Origin: Blasia pusilla
Taxonomy: Eukaryota
Assembly: GCA_050084515.1 (NCBI GenBank)
Contig: CM114271.1
Location: forward strand, 19,902,001-19,966,000
Direction: 5' to 3'
Length of the DNA stretch: 64,000 nucleotides
Below the pieces are notes generated by a model. The model saw only the letters and a list, made by a program, of their open reading frames with translations. It was not told where the DNA came from and searched no databases. This document shows, in pieces, positions 57,095 to 64,000 of this stretch (its first letter is position 1; every line of letters begins with the position of its first letter). Made by a program: the position numbers and the translations under genes.

Positions 57095-59210
57095 TTAAGG
57101 GAAAGGGCATTGCTTAGGTCATGGTCTTGCAGTCTCCTAGGTACATCCACTTGTCTTGAGAAGAAGTTGCGAATTTGCACCACACCAAAGCATGATGCCA
57201 ATTTGAAAATTGTAGCAAAAAGTCATGTTTCGTTCTTAGTCCTAGGATGAAATTACATTAAATCTAAGTCTGACTCTCAAAGACAAATGGCACCAACACC
57301 GTCCAAGGGAATGGTGTGGATGAAGGAGGTCATACGCCTTCCTATGTCTCTTCCCGAGCACAACACAAGTGAGATATTCCATCCATCCATCATTTATTAG
57401 GGTCATGTTTGAATTAGAAAGGTCGTGGGATTGAATTTGAATAGGTTATTGCTCATGCAATATCATCTTTCATTTGAAAATAGTCAAGGCATTACTTTTG
57501 CATATGCAATTGCTCTTCTTGCACTATGTTCAATCTTACTTTATGGTGTAATAAGAAACTTGTAAACTCACTCTCAAGGTTAAATATTCATGAAGTTGGT
57601 TTTAGTTTGTAAGACGTGATTAACAAGTTTTCCCCCTGTGTGTAGCCGTCAAATGTCTTAATAGAATGATTACATACAATCTTACCTGCAATCACTTCTT
57701 CAAGTAATTCATATTGATAGCAAATATCTAAAAATGTATAATATTTGGCCAATTGTGAAAGGACATATATTAAGGTTGTGTACTATAATGGTGCGTCAAA
57801 GACATAAATCTAGAAGCAAAGCAAGAAAACAAAAAAACAAAATGGCAAGAATAAGAAATTTCTTATCGACTTTACACTCTGATTTGCACAAATATCGCAT
57901 TTATGTTGCATATGGAGAAGTGTCTCAAAGCCAAAACGTTCATGAACTTACAAGTTGATTATAAGAGTCGACTTTGTCATGTAACATTAAGAAATCTTGT
58001 CGTTTTCAAATTTAAAAGTAAAAATCTTACTTTTGCAAGAATAAGAAATTTCAATCTTAAAGATGTGTTTTTTTTTCCTAATTTCATTTACATTCATTGT
58101 CTTTTGATTGGAGGAACACTCTCATTTACACATTTCCTTGTTGCCTATGTTAAAGATGTATTTTTCCCCCAATTTCATGTACATTTCATTGTCTTCTAAT
58201 TGGAGGAATGATTTCGATGTAAGGTATTTTTTAGTAATTCAGTTCAAAATTTCTTAACAAGAAAGATTGTATGAGTAGATTATCTCTCATCTTTAGGCAA
58301 ACTACTATGCATCATTTATTAGCATTTCTACCATGGCTTTATCCCAACATATTCTACAAGTGGCTTCATCTTTCTTTATGAGGTATAGGCACATATTTAG
58401 TGATGTGTACTTCATCTTACTTTATCTCTAGGCTATTGCACTCTTTTAGTTTATTAGCTATGGATAAGCCTCCTTCTAAAAGTCTTCCTTTTCCTATTGG
58501 AGAGGTATTATACTACTTGGTTAGTAGATCCCTATGCTTGCAATTTCATTCCCATTTTAGCTCTAAATTTCACTTTCACTTTAGAGTCCCGCGACCCTTC
58601 CTAGTAGTTGTGAGACCTTCAATTAGGATACACCCCACTTTTGATATTCATCCGCAATGCCTTGCAATTCACATCAATATGGCTAGCACTTTCGATCCAA
58701 CTTCTCGTTTGGTCATATTTGAGGATTTCAATACGCTTTGCAAAAGAAATACTAGCAAAATCTTATTTCATTCCTTCTATGCTTGTGATATGCCCATTAT
58801 CTATCCTCATTGTGTTACATCCAAAGAAAAAATTATTCTCTAATTAGCTTGTGGCTTGCATCAAGGTGATCATGTTGGTGGCTTACTTTTTTCAATTGAA
58901 ATTTTTCATGCCTTCCAAGTATTCTTATCTTTTCTATTCCCTTCTATATATTTTGGATAATATCTACATTGTAGGTCCTTCTTCTCAAGTAGTTCATATT
59001 TATACCCATTTTATGAAGTAATTCTTTGTCTTAACCCCTCAAGCCCAATTTTTTTAAAATGTGAGTCTCCTTCATGCTTTCCCTAGGCATTCACCCCATC
59101 TACTCCTAATTTGAACCATCTATATCGTGAGAGTTGGAGTTCTTGGTGTCCCAACTAGCTTCATAGATTATGTATCCAAGTTCTTGAAGATAGTCATTGT
59201 AAAAGATATT

Positions 59211-62200
59211 TGTCACGTCTCTTAGGATAGATCGGTGAGATCTAGTAGAGCGCCTTCGTGAGTAGCGGAGGATAGGCTCAGTAGGTCAAAGATGACCTGC
59301 TGAGGCCCCGGGAAACTTGAGAGAGCAGGTTTCCCCTTCGTTTCGGCTCATTTGGAGCCATATTTAGGAATTTACTATTTTAGGTAAGTACCATTTTTAG
59401 TATGTGCTCGACTTTCTATTTTTGTGGCCCTTGACCTCCTACATCAGGTCAGGAGCCAAGGAGGTGACTTGGGAGCATAGATTACCATGGAGAGAGCTTG
59501 GGAGAGGGGAGGGGTATACCTCAAGGAGAGACAGCTTGAGAGCTCATTCTCTCTTTGTTGAACCTCTTGGCATAAGACGGCGGAGCTATGGTCCCTTGCC
59601 TTGTGAGTGTAACCCAAGCCTCTCATTAGGAGAGTGGGTTTGGTTTGACGTGTGAGTGAGTGCACACCTTTGAGAGCTATGGTGTGAGATGATGGAGAGA
59701 GAGCTTGGATCTTATTTTACAAAGAGAGAATGAGAGAGTGAGAGAGCTTCATGGGGGAGCTCATTGGTCACTTGTTTTTTTTTGCAAGTTGGGGACTGTG
59801 TTCCCCATTCAACGGCTCATGGGAGTGCTCACCGGAGCAAGGGATGCTTTGATTGTTCTTTGCATTTGCCGATTTTTCGTGTGGAAGAGTGGCGCATTGA
59901 AGCGATGCCCAATTTCTGATAGGGATTGATTATGGGGTAGGTTGCCCCATACTGGTGCTCTTGGAAGCACCATGTAGCTTGCTAATTTGTATTTTTACAG
60001 GTTTTACATTTTCGTTGGGAGAAATCAGCGCAAAAGCACTACCAAATTTTGTGTAGGAGAAAGAGATATTGGGCTTTATGACAGTCCCTATAAGTTTTTA
60101 CAAGAATGTTTGATTCCAAATATTTTTTGACACTATTGTAGATCGTGAAGCTATGCATCTTGTGCAACAAACGATGCGCAATTTGGAGTTGCGAGTAAAA
60201 AGTTATGGTCAATCTTGCAAAACTACCATTGCTAGGCGATTTCTATGGTTAAATTGTTCAAACCCTTAACCAACCGCCACGACGGCGGCGGCATCCGTCG
60301 CGTCATAGTCATCGTCAACAATCAACGTTCAACCATCACAATAAACGGTCAACTATCACTGTCACCGGACGGCCATCACCATCAACGGTCAACCGTCACC
60401 GTCAACGTTCCACAGTCCGTTGTCCACCCTTTGGTTGTTATTGCCGCCGTTACGGAGTGGAGGGTCTTCCACGATGTTCGTTGATTCTATGACTTACGTC
60501 GCCACCACTTACTTTGTTTTGGGTGCCACCATCATCAAAGTTTTGTCATCAACCAGTCATGGCAAATGACAGTACGGGAGGAGTATGACTTGCTGATTGG
60601 AGGAGTTGTCTCCACGACCGAGTTGGGGTCGAGATTTGCAGTTGCTGAGGAGCGACATTGACATGTGTTCAGGTTACCCATTCTGGTCCATTACCCTACA
60701 CGCATGAGGATTTCCGGGATTTGGGTAGTTTATTTGGGGATATTGGATTGTGTGGATGTTGAGAGCATCATTTATGTATGTGGTTTAGGGGACATAGACC
60801 TATGTGGGATGTCCGAAGTTGAGGGTAGTTTTTCGATGAGATGATAGTCTGGTCGATTTCCCGCACCACGCCGCTTGTTGCCGCACGTTACGTCTCAAGG
60901 AGGGAGAGTGTAGATCGAGTGCCGTATGTTTGGGATGAGTGATTGAGGGATTGCTCATGAGGTTGAGAGTGATTGGGTGAGAGGGTCACGAGGGTCATCA
61001 CGGCGTCCGTTCGGGACTTTGAGAGGCGAGGTGGTGAATCTGAGAGTAGCTCTAGAGGTTTTACGCGGAGTGGCGCAAGGTTCCGAGGGTCTCCACGTGA
61101 GGGACCACCTCAACCTCCTTCTATGTCATCGTCAAATGAGGAGGAGGGTGTAGAGGAGTTTGTGAGCACATTGTCACACATTGTGAGTGGTCATACGAGT
61201 TGGGCGTACGAGATGGACGACCGGGATAGAGGAACGCATAGGTTTTCAGGTGCAGTAGGCACGATTTCATAGCAGAGTTTAGGAGTTGGTGCGACTTCCA
61301 GCGAGCTAGGAACTCTAGAGAGTTCAACCCGTTTACACCATGGAACGATATGTTCCAGTATTTTGAGGGGGTGCCCATGGACGATTACCATGAGTTCTCC
61401 CACATATATACCCAGGAGATTGAGGCATGGCAACTCTACTATGATCCACACTATGTATCATGGACAGAGCCATTCCTAGATGAGGAGGAGGAGTCAGGAG
61501 AGGCTACTTCCTCTTCCACTAGTGATGTTTTAGGAGGGGTCACTCACATTGGAGCAGTTGCATCATCTAGTCGGGTTCGTCTGAGGTTCAACCCCATGGT
61601 TGAGTTCTTCGCTGAGTTGAGGGCCAGCTCCCAAGGGGTATGGACGGAGAAGTTGCGAAGCATCCACGACTTCTAGAGGCGCCCAGGTGAGAGTTTGCGT
61701 GAGGCTTACACTCGCTTGCGCGGGTTGATCAACGTCACTCGAGGGGTGATAGAGGCTCAGGCTATCCAATCATGGTACGCGATGTTGGATCGGACCCTGC
61801 GAACACGGATGCGGGAGGGGGTACTTCTTATGAACACCTCCCCTACATTGAGAGATGTTTTTAGGACCACCAAGAACATTGAGCGCAACATGGTGGAGGA
61901 GAGCGTAGCCACCATGGATTCTGGGCGAGAGCACTCACGATTGTCTGTACCACATATGCAACAATGTGGACTCCGAGATAGGTTGACTGTGGCACCACGA
62001 TCTTAGGGAGGATACCGTAAGGCCATGCCACATAGACGTGCACCTTCATATGTGGCTCAACAACAGCCGCCTACTATTACTTGTTGGTTATTTGGTAGAG
62101 CCCATCATCAGCGCGATTGCACTCGTCAAGATCATGGACGTGTGCCTCAGCATGGAGGAGGAGATGGTGCTGCACCAGGAGGTTATCAGTGTGACTATTG

Positions 62201-64000
62201 TCAGAGGTATGGTCATACACGCTCTAGGTGTTTCAATTTACATCCTGAGTTACGTCCGGACCAAGGGCAGAGAGGGCACTAGAGCGAGTAGCCGGCTCGG
62301 GTGGGCCTAGAGATCATGCACCGGGTGGTTCCGTTGGGGGACGAGGAGTTGGAGTTGCCCAACATGGTGGTGAAGCTGCCCGTGGAGGAGGTAGAGTACC
62401 ACCACCTAGACGCGGCGAGGGAGACGTTGGACATGAGGCTGGGATGGCTGCTCAGATACAGCAGTTACAAGAGCAGATTGTTGCAATAGCATTGAGGTTT
62501 CCCGATGCCGGATTCATGGCATCGACATCATATGGAGCAGCCAGAGATATGGAGGATCCTGGTTGGATGTGCGGGGTTGCCCAGATGGAGGCCGCCGCAG
62601 TTGTGACGCGTGGAGCAGCGGTAGAGTTGGATCCACATCGAGGGGAAGCTAGAAAAAATAGGCTAGGCTTCCTTAGTTTTCACGTTGTCCGAAGCGATGA
62701 GGACCCCATCGATGGGTCCTCATCAAAGTTCCTGGAGAGTTGGTGATGTTGTTGGTGTGTAGGCACGGAGGGCAATGGGAGAAGCGAGTGGGACGACTCC
62801 TATTGTTGATGCTCATGAGGGGCATGTGTCGAGCACGTTGTTGGGGGCGACCACCATTGTGTACCGCACTCCTTTATTTTCTGCTTCCGATGTTATGACG
62901 TTGGGGGGTATGCTTGCCAAGGCTTTTTGGCTAGCTGCTTCACTATGTGAGCGCCGAGTTGGAGTTCCTACATCACGTTCAGAGGTGATTGCAGAGGAGG
63001 TGATGGACCTGCCCTTGGAGCGGATGCTCGGGCCATCCACGTCAGATTCATGGCAGGTTGCGGCTGTTAGGATGGTGGAGATGCCCGCTAGACGCGCGAT
63101 AGGGCTTGCCATGGCTTCTCCTGATGTTGTGTTGCTGGATAACCGAGGAGAGGTCTTCCAATTGGTGAGTCTTAGAGATAGAGCTTTTAGTCTGCAACAC
63201 GTCTTGTTGGATTTAGGAGCGCAACCCCTGATGTTGGGGAAAGCGTCATTGAGAGGATTGGGCTTGACGAGAGCCGATGTGGAGCGTTGTCCATTCTGGA
63301 TACAGACATGCTTGGGTGGAGCGAGTACCACACAGTATATCACCCGGCAGGAGGTTGTGGTGAGGATTCTCCGGGATATCCTACAGATGAGTCCGTGGTG
63401 CGAGCCAAGGCGATAGTGACTGATGTAGAGTCCTACGACGTCTTGGTTGGTGGAGTAGTGTTATACTCGATGGGGTTTGCCCTGGGTTATTGGGAGGAGT
63501 AAGCGTCCTACAGACCAGGATGGCAGTTAGGTGATGGGCGCCTTAGCTCATTACCTGTTCGATTCACAAGTGTAATAATCGAGCAACGGCCACGAGAGGT
63601 GGCGACCTTAGCAGCACTTAGCAGTGCCATCACTTGGCCTAGTGATTTGATTGAGGGATATGTCCATGCAGAGGATACTCCCATTCCTGATATTACTATG
63701 GAGAGGAGTGTTATGGTAGCCGCATCATTCCGTGGAGGAGAGGTGCAATTGTGGGGCTCGATTGAGGAGCTTCGACGATTGGTAGATGAGCACGTGCAGA
63801 CCGTGTGAAGCAAGGCGTTTTCACCGGAGCGTGATGGGGCTGAGGAACTCGAGATAGCAGGGAGTGCTACGATGACACCCTTGGATACCACACCCATTGT
63901 GTGGTGTATCCGGGAGGAGAGTATTTGAGTGTTAGATCTCTTTGGAGGGATTAGCACCGGGTTAGCTGCTCTTATGCAGGCAAGAGTGCAAGTGCAGCAG
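59211..64000 (+). mobile_element. Ty3/Gypsy-type retrotransposon copy 3 (same subfamily as copy 2; runs off the window): 5' repeat A', long leader, gag, protease, start of DNMT domain
   Basis: Starts TGTCACGTCTCTTAGG at 59211. Gag fragments at ~61000-62300 with CDYCQRYGHTRSRC knuckle; VLLDLGAQP protease near 63201; DNMT motif I VLDLFGGISTGLAA at 63929-63970. Colinear with the reverse complement of copy 2. Confidence 0.92.

Overview
Eukaryotic plant nuclear DNA, probably from a bryophyte or other non-seed plant (inferred from gene content, intron-rich genes and TE types; not proven). There are three clear multi-exon host genes: a 5'-truncated P5A-type ATPase (PDR2/Spf1/ATP13A1-like, +, ~399-9131), a DUF668/DUF3475 PSK-SIMULATOR-like gene (-, 14941-21341) and the mitochondrial succinyl-CoA ligase beta subunit (-, 50452-55536). 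There is also an orphan 649-aa Ser/Pro/Arg-rich ORF with 78-bp repeats. About 25-48 kb and 56-64 kb are transposon-rich. The main finding is three decayed copies, from two subfamilies, of a Ty3/Gypsy-type retrotransposon. Its polyprotein reads Gag(zinc knuckles)-protease-DNMT3-like C5 cytosine methyltransferase-RT-RNaseH-DDE integrase-PHD finger. Its termini look like split direct repeats (A ... B-A-B) with a palindromic CA-gc-TG junction rather than ordinary paired LTRs. Also present: nested insertion and deletion scars, three stacked Tourist/Harbinger-like MITEs, Helitron-type 3' ends and microsatellites. All calls come from manual reading of the sequence; no database searches were run.
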